From: a bacterium
Lineage (GTDB): Bacteria; Patescibacteriota; Dojkabacteria; JAKAPS01
DNA length: 64,000 nucleotides
Direction: 5' to 3'
Assembly: GCA_021806925.1 (NCBI GenBank)
Contig: JAKAPS010000005.1
Coordinates: forward strand, 80-64,079
Positions 39,480 through 53,751 of this stretch are shown one piece after another. A program made the position numbers and the translations under genes. Position 1 is the stretch's first letter. Each line of letters begins with the position of its first letter. The notes beneath the pieces are model-generated. The model did not search any database. It worked only from the letters and a program-made list of their open reading frames with translations, and had not been told where the DNA came from.

Positions 39480-40002
39480 ATATTCCTGATATTGAATATC
39501 CAGCTTGGTTAGAATTTTGAGAATATACTAGAGAACTTACAGTTAATCCAGATATATTCGTATTTTTATATAACGTATCAATATATATTGATAGTGTAGT
39601 TATATTTGGACTGTATATATACATGCTGAAATTTCTACCATTAAGATCTACATTCTGCAAATATGCACCTGTTGGAAGTGATTGGTTAAAGAAATTGAAA
39701 AAATTAATTGGATTAAATGCGTTATTTTGTATGTTTGATATAAAAGAGGATTTCTCTTTTGCAACATACATACCGCCAGCTATAACACTGTAGTTTGACA
39801 ATTCAACTTTCAAATTACTTATTACATTTTTATCGCTATTAACAATTACAGAATATATTGAATCTACAACTAAGAGGACACCAGCAACGGCAACAAACGC
39901 AAGAAGTATAAGAGCTGAATAAAAATCAACTTTGAACTTTTTTACCTCTTTTATTACTTGTTCTCTAGTTGGAACTGGAACAAGGTTAATTGTATTTGCC
40001 AT
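39466..40002 (-). CDS. PilN-like pilus assembly protein
   Basis: INLVP N-terminal motif, TM, LP.GAYL. Confidence 0.8.
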   Translation of the reverse strand: MANTINLVPVPTREQVIKEVKKFKVDFYSALILLAFVAVAGVLLVVDSIYSVIVNSDKNVISNLKVELSNYSVIAGGMYVAKEKSSFISNIQNNAFNPINFFNFFNQSLPTGAYLQNVDLNGRNFSMYIYSPNITTLSIYIDTLYKNTNISGLTVSSLVYSQNSNQAGYSISGIYEGH

Positions 40003-40033
40003 TTTTACTTTCTATATATCAATATATTTAATA

Positions 40034-40435
40034 TTATTCCTCAACAAGTAAACTTCTAACTTCATAAAGAACCTGCTCAGGTGTTAAATCTGATTTAAGT
40101 AAATATCCTCTTACACTTTTTAATTTATATGCCTTTTTAACTTCAAACTCATTAGAGTTATTTGTAATTATCATAATTGCAATATCACCATATTTTTCGA
40201 TATCACCTTCTAGAGTTTCAATAACATCAAATCCGTCCATTCCTCTAAGGCTCAACATAAGATCAAGCATTAAAAAATCTGGTTTGAATTCTGATGCTAT
40301 TAAAACACCATTCTCCCCGTTAGATGCACTCCTGACATCATATCCTGCACTCTGCATAATAGTAACATACATCTCCCTTATATCTTTCTCATCTTCTATT
40401 ATCAGACATTTTTTATAATCAGATAATTGTTTCAT
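40034..40435 (-). CDS. Single-domain response regulator (CheY-like)
   Basis: IIEDE, LDLML, DGFDVI, ITN, YLLKS. Confidence 0.9.
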   Translation of the reverse strand: MKQLSDYKKCLIIEDEKDIREMYVTIMQSAGYDVRSASNGENGVLIASEFKPDFLMLDLMLSLRGMDGFDVIETLEGDIEKYGDIAIMIITNNSNEFEVKKAYKLKSVRGYLLKSDLTPEQVLYEVRSLLVEE

Positions 40436-40489
40436 AATTTATTATCTAGCACATTATACTTTACCCACAAATTAGTAATTCTCATCTTA

Positions 40490-41302
40490 CTAAAATGATA
40501 CAGGTGAACTTGACCCAACTCCACCTGAATATAGGACGTAATCAAATATACCTGGCAAATTGCCAGATGAAGTTAACAAACTGTTTAATACTATTCTTGA
40601 GCCATTATAGTAACCTGAAGCATTTACGTTATACCCTTGAGTAACACCGTTATTAGGAATAATTATCACATTAGATGAATTTCCGGAATAATTTATCAAT
40701 GTTGCTCTTACAATGTCCCAATTGTTGTTACTAGACGATTTCGAAAATGTAACAACATAATCATTGTTATAATTTGAATTTTGAGATAACCCATAAGGAG
40801 CTGCACAAGATGAATCTTCAGTTGTTGGAACAGAATAATTTCCATTACTATTAATTCCGGTAGGGTAATACAAGCACATATAGTTTGTTCCATCATTATT
40901 TATGAAATTGAGTTCAAGAAGTGATGTATTATCATACCAGCCAAATATAACGTTAGTAGATTTTGATATATCAGCTGTAACAGTTTCGTCTTTTTGCAAA
41001 ACTGCATTTATTGATGTTGAGGGTGTAATTGTGTAGACACAATTACTACTCGTCGTTCCACTACAAGGCTGAGATATACCACTACTTGGAATACTTGAAG
41101 AACTATTCTGTATCAATGCCTTGGCACCAGATAATGCACTTTGTGCATAGAATTGTGCCTGTTGCATATTTGTATTTTGAATTGTTGAAACTGTATTTAG
41201 TGATATATTTTGACTAAGTGTAACAACAAGGAAAAATACAATAAATATAACAACAATAACTAAAACTAGCGCTTGTCCTTTATTTTTTTTAAGTACCATC
41301 AT
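40490..41302 (-). CDS. PilX-like minor pilin
   Basis: KG|QALVLVIVV prepilin-like N-terminus, AQFYAQS. Confidence 0.75.
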   Translation of the reverse strand: MMVLKKNKGQALVLVIVVIFIVFFLVVTLSQNISLNTVSTIQNTNMQQAQFYAQSALSGAKALIQNSSSSIPSSGISQPCSGTTSSNCVYTITPSTSINAVLQKDETVTADISKSTNVIFGWYDNTSLLELNFINNDGTNYMCLYYPTGINSNGNYSVPTTEDSSCAAPYGLSQNSNYNNDYVVTFSKSSSNNNWDIVRATLINYSGNSSNVIIIPNNGVTQGYNVNASGYYNGSRIVLNSLLTSSGNLPGIFDYVLYSGGVGSSSPVSF

Positions 41303-41880
41303 CTGCTATATTGTACTATAGAACTTAGTCCCATGTGAATATTTTTATCATTTCCCGTTAAAAGTGTAATTAACTGACCTGATTGTAATTGAAAATTCAC
41401 TGAACTTATATTAACATTACTCTGATTCAAAAGTGTAGTTAAACCACTTCCATTTCCGTTAACTACAACCGTTTCCTCAATATATCCATTGTTATTAATA
41501 ACCACATATTGAAATGTAATTGTAGAAGTTGTCATTGTTGAATTTCCTGATGTACTAGATAAACTGGATGATGTAAATTCAACACATGTATAATTTGTAC
41601 TACAGCTTATTGGGTTATATGCATATTGAATAGACTTATCGATTGTTGTTTCTATTGTTGACAAACTACTCCTCAAGTAATTTCTCTCATTTATATCTGT
41701 TATTGTAGTAACAATATTCAAAAGAATAGAAGTTAACAGAATTGCAAGAAAACCGAATATAGCCATGGAGATAACAACCTCTATTAATGTAAATCCAGAA
41801 CTATTCTTATTTCCAGCTTTCTGTTTAAATCTAATATCAATATATTTCCAAATATATCTTTTTATATTTTTCACTTCCAT
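41299..41880 (-). CDS. Type IV minor pilin (PilW/GspJ-like)
   Basis: G|FTLIEVVISMAIF. Confidence 0.85.
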   Translation of the reverse strand: MEVKNIKRYIWKYIDIRFKQKAGNKNSSGFTLIEVVISMAIFGFLAILLTSILLNIVTTITDINERNYLRSSLSTIETTIDKSIQYAYNPISCSTNYTCVEFTSSSLSSTSGNSTMTTSTITFQYVVINNNGYIEETVVVNGNGSGLTTLLNQSNVNISSVNFQLQSGQLITLLTGNDKNIHMGLSSIVQYSR

Positions 41881-41947
41881 TCTTAATTATATTTAATATA
41901 TGTGTATTTCATTTTTACTATTACCAAACTTCCTCTTATAAATACTT

Positions 41948-42589
41948 CTATAAATAATATATCTCATTGTATGTTATTACAACAGGAAGAGAACTTGAAT
42001 TAAATTCGTTATATAGGACTTTTGATGTTAGGGAGATAAAGTTTCCTGATGAATTTGGAACAATTGACAATATATTCTTAAAATTTGTTAGGTTATAGTT
42101 ACCTGTTGTATTCATTGTCATACTGCATTGGTAGTTACCTTGACCACTTCCAGTTGTATTTGTTGCAATATATACATTTTCAGGTGATACTGAATAATAA
42201 ATATCAAATGATTGATTGTATGTAGGATTATAGCAATTTGATATTAGGTTAAGTAAACCAGGGGCTGAGAATCCATTCTGACAAATGTAATAGTAATATG
42301 TTACTGGATTGCTATAAAGTGTATTCAAGCACATCGGGTTATATGATTTAATCATATCGAACTTTTCGATTTGAGATACGTTTATATAGTTTGCATTGTC
42401 TCTATTTTCATTTTCATATTCGATTTTCAAATCTCTGGTTGATAGATTAAGGAGTGCTATTAAACTCAATCCAGTTATTGCTATAACTACAATTATTTCT
42501 ATTAAAGATAAGCCATCTCTACTCTTAAACTTATCCTTAAATATTTTAAATATATTAGTCCGAATTCTTTTATATATATTTTTATTCAT
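41948..42589 (-). CDS. Type IV minor pilin (PilV-like)
   Basis: G|LSLIEIIVVIAI. Confidence 0.82.
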   Translation of the reverse strand: MNKNIYKRIRTNIFKIFKDKFKSRDGLSLIEIIVVIAITGLSLIALLNLSTRDLKIEYENENRDNANYINVSQIEKFDMIKSYNPMCLNTLYSNPVTYYYYICQNGFSAPGLLNLISNCYNPTYNQSFDIYYSVSPENVYIATNTTGSGQGNYQCSMTMNTTGNYNLTNFKNILSIVPNSSGNFISLTSKVLYNEFNSSSLPVVITYNEIYYL

Positions 42590-43299
42590 TGTATTAGATT
42601 AGGGTTGTAAAGTGGGGTAGAGTTATATTTTCCGCCTGAATAACTTGCAACTGTTACACTAGTTCCAGTTCCATGGTAAGCAACATTTAGACTTAATGAA
42701 CCTAAATGGCTTGGCTGAATATATACACCTGTACTTCCGAAGACAAAACCAGTCCCTGTTAAGTTCTCATATGCTATATAGTAATTATTGCTAAAACCTC
42801 CAACAGGTAATTCCTTCCATGATATAACTAGATTAGTGTCACGAGAAAAGTTTCCCTGACTATATAACTGGTATTCAACACCATTCACTTTGTCTATAAA
42901 TCCAGAACATGTTGAAAGCAATGGTATATCAAGAGTAAATCCAGAAGTATTATCTAATACGTATTGCAGATTACCTGAATATGAGAAATTGAGACTAGTT
43001 GGTGATCCATCATTCGCATCAATCAGCTTATATATACAATATCCGTTCTTTTGCTGATTTAATGAGAATAAATATCCATAAGTAATAGGGGAGTTAATGT
43101 TTTCAGTTACTGAATTGACTGCTAAATTCTCAGTAGAATTAAGTAATGATACTATACTATCAGAAACAGATTTTGAGTATTGATAATTCTTAGTGCTGTT
43201 TATTGCACTTATACTTATACCTAAAAGTATTGCTGTTATTGCTAGAACAAGCAGAATTTCAATTAAACTGAATCCCTTGTTTTTATAGCTTCCAATCAT
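42586..43299 (-). CDS. Type IV minor pilin (FimT/GspH-like)
   Basis: KG|FSLIEILLVLAI. Confidence 0.85.
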   Translation of the reverse strand: MIGSYKNKGFSLIEILLVLAITAILLGISISAINSTKNYQYSKSVSDSIVSLLNSTENLAVNSVTENINSPITYGYLFSLNQQKNGYCIYKLIDANDGSPTSLNFSYSGNLQYVLDNTSGFTLDIPLLSTCSGFIDKVNGVEYQLYSQGNFSRDTNLVISWKELPVGGFSNNYYIAYENLTGTGFVFGSTGVYIQPSHLGSLSLNVAYHGTGTSVTVASYSGGKYNSTPLYNPNLIQ

Positions 43300-44210
43300 A
43301 CACCTAAATAATAGTGTAAAATTAGAAATATTGGAAGTGAAAGGAAATAGCTGTAAAAAATTAAAGATGATAAAAACCCGATACCCATAAAAGGAGCAAA
43401 GAATATTGGATCTTTTAATTTTTTTCTTCTTAACAAAAGAACATATAAACCATATAACCCGCCGCTTATAAAAGATATATAAACAAATACAAGTGATAGA
43501 TCAAATCCAAGAATAAAGGAGAGAGGGAATGACAAGTAAACATCGCCTAAACCTATTCCTTTTCTATTTGTTAATATATATATAGCAAGGAATAATATTA
43601 GTGTCAGAATTCCAGATAACAGGTGATACATAAATATGTTCAAATACTGATTTGAAAAATAGCTGAATAACATATTAGATGACTGTTGCAAAAATTCTGG
43701 AATAAACATTGTTACCAGTCCCAATGCTGACAATAGTGCTACCATTGTGTCGCTTATGAGATAATTCTTAATATCGTAATATGAAACATAGAATATTATT
43801 GAAGCAAAAATGAAAAACAGTATTAAATTTATATAGAAAATTGATATATTAAATCCATTCTGTGGTAGTAGATACATGCTGTACAAAAAATCAATTGTAA
43901 AAATTGCACCCAAAACCAACTCAACAAAGAAATACTCTACACTTATTTTATTTTTACAATATCTACACCTACCATTTAAATATATGTATGACAACACTGG
44001 AATTAAATCAAAAGGGCCTAATTTATGTTTGCACGTTTCACAATATGACCTACCAAGTATAGCTTTAGAAAATGTCTTTTTATTCTCAAATGTATTTATT
44101 GACACTTCTTTTTCCCTGTAAACAAGTACAGCAATAAAACTGGCTAAACTCCCTCCAATCATAAAAACTAATAAGGCTGATATAAAAAAGAGTATATATA
44201 CTTCAATCAT
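43296..44210 (-). CDS. pilD: Prepilin peptidase
   Basis: RSYCETC, DLIPVLSY, GRCRYC, YDI and GLGD catalytic Asp residues, FAPF. Confidence 0.95.
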   Translation of the reverse strand: MIEVYILFFISALLVFMIGGSLASFIAVLVYREKEVSINTFENKKTFSKAILGRSYCETCKHKLGPFDLIPVLSYIYLNGRCRYCKNKISVEYFFVELVLGAIFTIDFLYSMYLLPQNGFNISIFYINLILFFIFASIIFYVSYYDIKNYLISDTMVALLSALGLVTMFIPEFLQQSSNMLFSYFSNQYLNIFMYHLLSGILTLILFLAIYILTNRKGIGLGDVYLSFPLSFILGFDLSLVFVYISFISGGLYGLYVLLLRRKKLKDPIFFAPFMGIGFLSSLIFYSYFLSLPIFLILHYYLGV

Positions 44211-44792
44211 TTAATTAAAACATTGGCTTAGAGATCCATTAATAGGATTATCAATCATTGATAGGTTATATTGACTTGGAATTGAGAAATATGTATATGA
44301 ATAAGACCCTCCAAGGAAATTACCATTCCCAGTTATATAGAATGGATTACCTAGAGTATCTGTACACTTACCACCAGATGGTGTTTTCAATACTAATATA
44401 TATGCAGATTCCCCGCTACTGGTGCAATATCCAAATGAACTGTATACAGACTGATTCGGATTTCCCAATACATTTTTAAATGTATTTTCATCAAGTGGAG
44501 GTAATACAGAAGTATTCATGCTATTAACCAGATCACTTATACTACCTAGCTTATCAAATCCATCAGTAACAGAACCACAGTCGACTTTTGGATATGTGTT
44601 TGTTATTGAATCGTACTCATTTAAATACGTCTCAATTGAAGTAAGGGTCGCCTTATTTTTCTGATCCTGTGAATACCTCTCCGCACCAAGCAAACCAACA
44701 GTAGCAAGAGCTATAAGAACAGATATGAGGAAGAAAACTAATAAAAGCTCTATTAATGTAAATCCTCTTCTTCTGTAATTAGTTGGCAACAT
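44211..44792 (-). CDS. Type IV pilin / GspG-like protein
   Basis: MLPTNYRRRG|FTLIELLLV; start set to ATG 44792. Confidence 0.85.
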   Translation of the reverse strand: MLPTNYRRRGFTLIELLLVFFLISVLIALATVGLLGAERYSQDQKNKATLTSIETYLNEYDSITNTYPKVDCGSVTDGFDKLGSISDLVNSMNTSVLPPLDENTFKNVLGNPNQSVYSSFGYCTSSGESAYILVLKTPSGGKCTDTLGNPFYITGNGNFLGGSYSYTYFSIPSQYNLSMIDNPINGSLSQCFN

Positions 44793-45249
44793 AATATGAT
44801 GCAGTGCTTCCTTCCAGGAATACTCCCATCTGATAACCATTTGAACCTCCTGTAGTGTCATAGCAAAGATTTAAATCATTTGCATTAAATGATACTGGTC
44901 TTGTGGAACCACAACTCACTATACTGTTATAACTCAATCCATCTAATCCTACACATGTGCCATTTACTGTTATACCATCATTGTTACTATTTCCTTGAGT
45001 TGAACAATTATTTGTTGTTGAAGATATGAAACTACTAAAATTACTTACAGAAGGATAACTCCCTGATTGAGACTGATAGGTTTGAAGCATTGCATTCAAC
45101 TGAGCTACTATATCTTTTCTTGATGTATCCCTCTGAGCACTTCTTGCAGCATTGAAGCCGACTATTGCAAGTGCTATTAATATACCAATAATAGCCATTA
45201 CAACCAGGAGTTCTATAAGAGTAAATCCGTTATATTTTCTATTTTCCAT
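44779..45249 (-). CDS. Type IV pilin (probable major pilin)
   Basis: G|FTLIELLVVMAIIGIL...RD..RK; first gene of the operon. Confidence 0.9.
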   Translation of the reverse strand: MENRKYNGFTLIELLVVMAIIGILIALAIVGFNAARSAQRDTSRKDIVAQLNAMLQTYQSQSGSYPSVSNFSSFISSTTNNCSTQGNSNNDGITVNGTCVGLDGLSYNSIVSCGSTRPVSFNANDLNLCYDTTGGSNGYQMGVFLEGSTASYYVAN

Positions 45250-45336
45250 ACCACTTTATATTATACCTTTAATAATTATTTTTCAAATAATTATTATACT
45301 CTTCAAAAAATAACAAACTAATTATACAGAAGATAG

Positions 45337-46011
45337 CTACTTACTATCAGTACTAACATATACACTCATAGTTTGATATCCAATTCTGCCTGGTCCAGTA
45401 AATCTATTTAAAACTAGATTCGTGCTTGCAAAAAAGCCAGTAGATAATGCTGTAAAAGTTGAGGTCATATTTACGGTTGAATCTTTGTATAGAAATGCAC
45501 CAGGTTCAATGTCTATAGATTCATTTGCTTCAAGATTCCTTTCAAACACATTACCATATCCATGTAAAAGTAATGTACCTTCAGTATCACTTCCAGTAAA
45601 CCTGTCCATAAAAAATCCAGTTCCACCAATAAGAATATTTGAAATTCCTTTAACACGAGTAAAGGAATAATCTACGTTTTTTGTAGCTAGTAAGAACTGA
45701 TGTTCTCTAACATCTATTTCTGTTCCAGGTTTAATTTGAAGAGATATTATTTGTCCAACGCCATCTCTTGAGAAAGCAATCTTCCCACTTCCATGTGCTT
45801 CAGTCATAACTATTGGCAGTCCAGCTATAAATCTTCTTCCTAACCCTTTAAGTATTTTCGCAGCTATATTTACACTTGGATCTTTCCATAAAAGTATGTG
45901 ATGTTCAAAATATATAGCATCAGTAAACGCATCAAGGGTTACTACAACCTCTGGAACAAATTCCCCTTGAATTTTAATATTGTTATTTTGACTTGTATTA
46001 GTATTATCCAT
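45337..46011 (-). CDS. AIM24 family protein
   Basis: IYFEHHILL, DVREHQFL, GTGFFMDRF, LHGYG, RFTGPGRIGYQTM; start set at MDNTN. Confidence 0.85.
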   Translation of the reverse strand: MDNTNTSQNNNIKIQGEFVPEVVVTLDAFTDAIYFEHHILLWKDPSVNIAAKILKGLGRRFIAGLPIVMTEAHGSGKIAFSRDGVGQIISLQIKPGTEIDVREHQFLLATKNVDYSFTRVKGISNILIGGTGFFMDRFTGSDTEGTLLLHGYGNVFERNLEANESIDIEPGAFLYKDSTVNMTSTFTALSTGFFASTNLVLNRFTGPGRIGYQTMSVYVSTDSK

Positions 46012-46153
46012 ACATATATTAGCACTAAAGCTTAAGAATATACATAAATTCATTAAGATTGTTTAAATTTATATCTAATAAGTGCTTATTTCACAAACAC
46101 ATGTAGTTTGAAATATAATGTGAATATAAAGTAAAAATTTTTGAATATATTCT

Positions 46154-46726
46154 ATGCAAATAATTATTACAAAAGATAATAACATAAATGAGATATCTGA
46201 AGAACTATTAGATAAGGATGTTATAGAAGTATCACTACAAACTGATAAAAAAAGTATTGGTATAGATGAGTTAGATGAATTAAAAAAATTCTTAAGTGTA
46301 TTAGATGTAAATAGAGTAGGGGTTATATATAATGCAGAGAGACTAACGGACAGTGCTCAGAATTCCTTACTTAAAACATTAGAAGAGAATTCTCATGAAA
46401 TATATTTAATAGTTGAATCAGTGAAGGATATATTACCTACAGTTTATTCACGAGCAAATAATATTAGGAAACTAAAAGATGATATTGTATATAGCGATGA
46501 TGACAAATATATTCTTAGTATATTAAAACTTGATATAATTGACAAATTAAAATTCTCTATGGACAATGGCAATAGAGCTGAATATATACTAAAAATATAC
46601 CTCAAATCATTAGAACATGATATTAAAACATGTTTAAAAATTGATGAACTTCTACAAAAGGTATCTGCAGGAGTCAACGGAAGAAATATATTAGATGAAT
46701 TCTTTTTAACTTATGAAAAAGCATGA
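46154..46726 (+). CDS. holB: DNA polymerase III delta'-like clamp loader subunit (short)
   Basis: IGIDE, AERLT..AQNSLLKTLEE, ILPTVYSR. Confidence 0.75.
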   Translation: MQIIITKDNNINEISEELLDKDVIEVSLQTDKKSIGIDELDELKKFLSVLDVNRVGVIYNAERLTDSAQNSLLKTLEENSHEIYLIVESVKDILPTVYSRANNIRKLKDDIVYSDDDKYILSILKLDIIDKLKFSMDNGNRAEYILKIYLKSLEHDIKTCLKIDELLQKVSAGVNGRNILDEFFLTYEKA

Positions 46727-47864
46727 CATTATAATTGGAATTGTAGCAATTATTATTGGAATATATTTGAGATTCTTTGTAAAGAATATCTTCTATAATT
46801 ATGATTACATCTCATATAAAATTGTAGGAAATATAATGATACATGGAGGGAATTTATACAAAGAAACAACAAGGTATAACTATTCGCCACTGTGGGCATA
46901 TATATTAGGTATATTTATGTATATATCTGAATTACTAAGAAATATTAATATATTCAGAGATTTAATTTGTTTAACACTTTCGCTGGCAGATATTGGATTA
47001 TCGTATATAATATATATCAAAAAGAATATATATTATGCGATTTTTTTCTTACTTAATCCCATATCTATAGTAATAACAGGAGGTCATAATCAATTTGATA
47101 ATATTGCAATACTTATTGCACTTATATCAGGTTTTATCTATGAAAGTTCAAAGAATCCAGTACATAAACATAGAAAAATAATTTCATATATTATGCTTGG
47201 AATATCTCTATCAATTAAACATATATTTTTTATATTTCCAGTATGGATATTCTTCATGGAAAAGACTCTAAAAGAAAAAATTGAAGGATTATTTATACCT
47301 TACATTATTTTCTTACTATCTTTTTCTCAATACATTTTCTTCTATCATGACTTAAAATATATAAAGGCAAATGTTTTTGAATACAGATCTTTCATACAAA
47401 ATTCAATATACTACAGACTTCTGCCACATTCAATGATTGGATACATACACCCTTTTATACTATACGTTTTCATATTAGTTGTATTAGGACTGTATATGAA
47501 AAACAAGTATAGTTTTTTTGATAGCCTTATCTATTACTCAATAGCTGTAACTTTATTTGCATCAGGATTATCTATACAACAAGTAATAATTCCATTACCT
47601 GCCATATTTATAATGTTTAATACTACATATCTTCTATATTTAATTAATACAACGTGGCTAATAATGGTAAGTAATGTTGAACTATCTATAAAGCAAGTTA
47701 TAAATAAGACTCCTCCTTTTATATTCAATATAAATACAACCCTTTATTTTCTGTTACTCGGCTTTATATTTTCAATATGCAACTTGAAAATTAAACAAAT
47801 ATTTATCGATTTTATTAATAGAATAGATGAGCAAGTAAAGGAAATATTTGAGAATTCTAAGTAA
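46713..47864 (+). CDS. Multi-TM GT-C fold glycosyltransferase (GT87/PIG-M-like)
   Basis: YNYSPLW, NPISI...HNQFD, SIKH; about 10 hydrophobic segments. Confidence 0.7.
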   Translation: MKKHDIIIGIVAIIIGIYLRFFVKNIFYNYDYISYKIVGNIMIHGGNLYKETTRYNYSPLWAYILGIFMYISELLRNINIFRDLICLTLSLADIGLSYIIYIKKNIYYAIFFLLNPISIVITGGHNQFDNIAILIALISGFIYESSKNPVHKHRKIISYIMLGISLSIKHIFFIFPVWIFFMEKTLKEKIEGLFIPYIIFLLSFSQYIFFYHDLKYIKANVFEYRSFIQNSIYYRLLPHSMIGYIHPFILYVFILVVLGLYMKNKYSFFDSLIYYSIAVTLFASGLSIQQVIIPLPAIFIMFNTTYLLYLINTTWLIMVSNVELSIKQVINKTPPFIFNINTTLYFLLLGFIFSICNLKIKQIFIDFINRIDEQVKEIFENSK

Positions 47865-47911
47865 ATTCATCATCTTTTTTTATTGCTTCTGATTTATGCT
47901 AAAATATGTAA

Positions 47912-51142
<3,231 letters not shown>

Positions 51143-51153
51143 AAAAATATTGT

Positions 51154-53673
51154 ATGGATAAGATAAAAGTTGTAAATATTACTGATGAAATGAAAACAAG
51201 CTACATCAACTACGCAATGAGCGTAATTGTTGAGCGTGCTCTTCCTGATGCTAGGGACGGATTAAAACCAGTTCAAAGGAGAATAATATACTCCATGGAT
51301 CAGTTGCTACATATAAGGCATAATACAAAGTACAGGAAGTCTGTTCAAACAGTAGGGGAGGTTTTACAAAAATTTCACCCTCATGGTGATGTAAGTGTGT
51401 ATGATGCACTTGTCAGAATGGCACAGGATTTCTCAATGAGGAATCCTTTAATAGATGGTCAAGGGAATTTTGGTTCTGTTGATGGAGACAGTGCAGCAGC
51501 TATGAGGTACACTGAAGCAAGACTTGCCAAAATATCTGAAGAACTAGTTGCTGATATTGAAAAAGATACCGTACCATTTAGAGATAATTATGATGGAACT
51601 AATCAGGAGCCTACAATTCTTCCATCAGTTATTCCTAACCTTTTACTTAATGGTAGTGAAGGTATTGCAGTCGGAATGGCTACTAAGATTCCTCCTCATA
51701 ATCTTAATGAATTAATGAATGCTCTTATCTTCATTTCAGATATTGCAAAGAAGATGTACCTAAATGACACTGTTGTAAAAGGAGAATTTGTAACAATTGA
51801 TAAATTTGATGGAGAATATGATATGGACAGTCTTCTTGAAATAGTCAAAGGTCCAGATTTCCCAACGAAGGCAGAAATATATAACACAAAAGCGATAAAG
51901 GAATTCTATAGAACAGGAAAAGGAGTAATATTAATGAGAGCAGTTGCTCAAATTGTTGAAGATAAAAAGAAGACTCACATAGTAATTACCGAACTTCCAT
52001 TTCAGGTAAATAAAGCCAGACTTATAGAGAAGATTGCTGATATTACTAAATCTGGAAGAATAGAAGGGATAAGTGATATAAGGGACGAATCTGCAAGAGG
52101 CGAAATACGTGTAGTTATTGATTTAAAAAAGGATGTGTCACCAAACTACATTTTAAATTCTCTGTACAAATTCACTGAAATGCAGTTGAATTTCAATGCC
52201 AATATGCTTGCTCTTGTTGATAATGAACCTAAAGTACTTAACTTAAAGAATGTACTTGATCTATTTATAGAGCATAGACAAAAAATTATTGTTAACAGAT
52301 CAAAATTTGATTTGAAGATATACCAGGCCAGAGCTCATATTCTTGAGGGACTTCTAAAAGCCCTTGATATTCTTGATGAGGTAATTAATACAATAAGATC
52401 ATCAAAAACTCAGGAAGATGCTAAAAACAACCTTATGACTCTTTATGGATTCACTGATATTCAAGCAACTGCAATTCTGGATATGCAACTTAGAAAATTA
52501 GCAGCACTTGAAAGAGAAAAATTACAAAATGAATATGATGATCTTGAAAAAAGAATTGACGAGTTAATAACCCTTCTTTCAAGTAGATTATTAATAATGG
52601 ATACTATAAAAGAAGAATTTGAAAAAGTAAATGAAAGATATAGTACTCCAAGATTAACCAAAATTATTACATCCGCCCCTGGAGAAATTACAATTGAAGA
52701 CACGATATCTGAAGAACAGGTTGTAATAACGATATCTAATAAGGGGTATATAAAGAGAATGCAAAAAGATAGTTTTAAATTGCAGAATAGGGGGGGGAGG
52801 GGAGTACTTTCAGGAAATAGCAATAATGAAAAAAACGGCGAAGAAGAATATATAAGGCATATTATTAATTGTTCTACTCTGGATTACATTCTTCTTTTTA
52901 CAAATAAGGCAAAAGTGTTTCAAATAAGGGCATTTGATGTAAAAGAATACCAGAGAACTGCAAAAGGACAATCTATTGTCAATTTAATTGATATACAAAG
53001 TGATGAATATATTACAGAAGTCATAACGAAGTCAAAGAATGGATTTATAGATAAACAGACAGGCAATAGCGTGAAATATATTGCTATGATAACTATGAAA
53101 GGTACAGTTAAAAAGATATCATCTGATGAATTTAACTCAATTAGAAAATCAGGACTCAATGCAACCAAACTTGAAAATGGTGATGAACTTGTTTCAGTAA
53201 GAGCACTTCCAGAAGAAAGTACAATAATAATAGGGACTAAGCTTGGTAAAGCAATACATATTGAAGAAAAGAAACTAAGAGTGCTTGGAAGGATATCATA
53301 TGGTGTAAGAGGTATAAAATTAAAAGGTGAAGATAAAGTAATTGGAATGGATATAGTACATGATGAAAACTCATTTGTATTTACAGTATCAAAAAAAGGA
53401 TATGGTAAATTAACAAAGATAACTGAATTTCAGATTCAGAATAGGGGAGGAAGCGGTGTAAGGTTAGCAAAAGTAAGTAGTAAAGCTGGTGAGATACACT
53501 TCATGTCAATAATACAAGATAAAACTAACTTGAATATTATGCTAGCCTCAACAGAAGGAAATACTATTCTCGTGTCTATAGATACCATCCCAACACTGGG
53601 AAGGAATACATCAGGAGTTAAACTTATAAAGTTAACTGATGGTGCATATATATCACAGGTGGAGATTAGCTAA
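51154..53673 (+). CDS. gyrA: DNA gyrase subunit A
   Basis: [28 protein letters not shown], GyrA-box QNRGGRG. Confidence 0.97.
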   Translation: MDKIKVVNITDEMKTSYINYAMSVIVERALPDARDGLKPVQRRIIYSMDQLLHIRHNTKYRKSVQTVGEVLQKFHPHGDVSVYDALVRMAQDFSMRNPLIDGQGNFGSVDGDSAAAMRYTEARLAKISEELVADIEKDTVPFRDNYDGTNQEPTILPSVIPNLLLNGSEGIAVGMATKIPPHNLNELMNALIFISDIAKKMYLNDTVVKGEFVTIDKFDGEYDMDSLLEIVKGPDFPTKAEIYNTKAIKEFYRTGKGVILMRAVAQIVEDKKKTHIVITELPFQVNKARLIEKIADITKSGRIEGISDIRDESARGEIRVVIDLKKDVSPNYILNSLYKFTEMQLNFNANMLALVDNEPKVLNLKNVLDLFIEHRQKIIVNRSKFDLKIYQARAHILEGLLKALDILDEVINTIRSSKTQEDAKNNLMTLYGFTDIQATAILDMQLRKLAALEREKLQNEYDDLEKRIDELITLLSSRLLIMDTIKEEFEKVNERYSTPRLTKIITSAPGEITIEDTISEEQVVITISNKGYIKRMQKDSFKLQNRGGRGVLSGNSNNEKNGEEEYIRHIINCSTLDYILLFTNKAKVFQIRAFDVKEYQRTAKGQSIVNLIDIQSDEYITEVITKSKNGFIDKQTGNSVKYIAMITMKGTVKKISSDEFNSIRKSGLNATKLENGDELVSVRALPEESTIIIGTKLGKAIHIEEKKLRVLGRISYGVRGIKLKGEDKVIGMDIVHDENSFVFTVSKKGYGKLTKITEFQIQNRGGSGVRLAKVSSKAGEIHFMSIIQDKTNLNIMLASTEGNTILVSIDTIPTLGRNTSGVKLIKLTDGAYISQVEIS

Positions 53674-53751
53674 ATAAAAAAGTATATATATTATTATACA
53701 TTTATTTGTTACTGGTTGATTTTTGGATAAGAAAATTGTATAATATATAAT

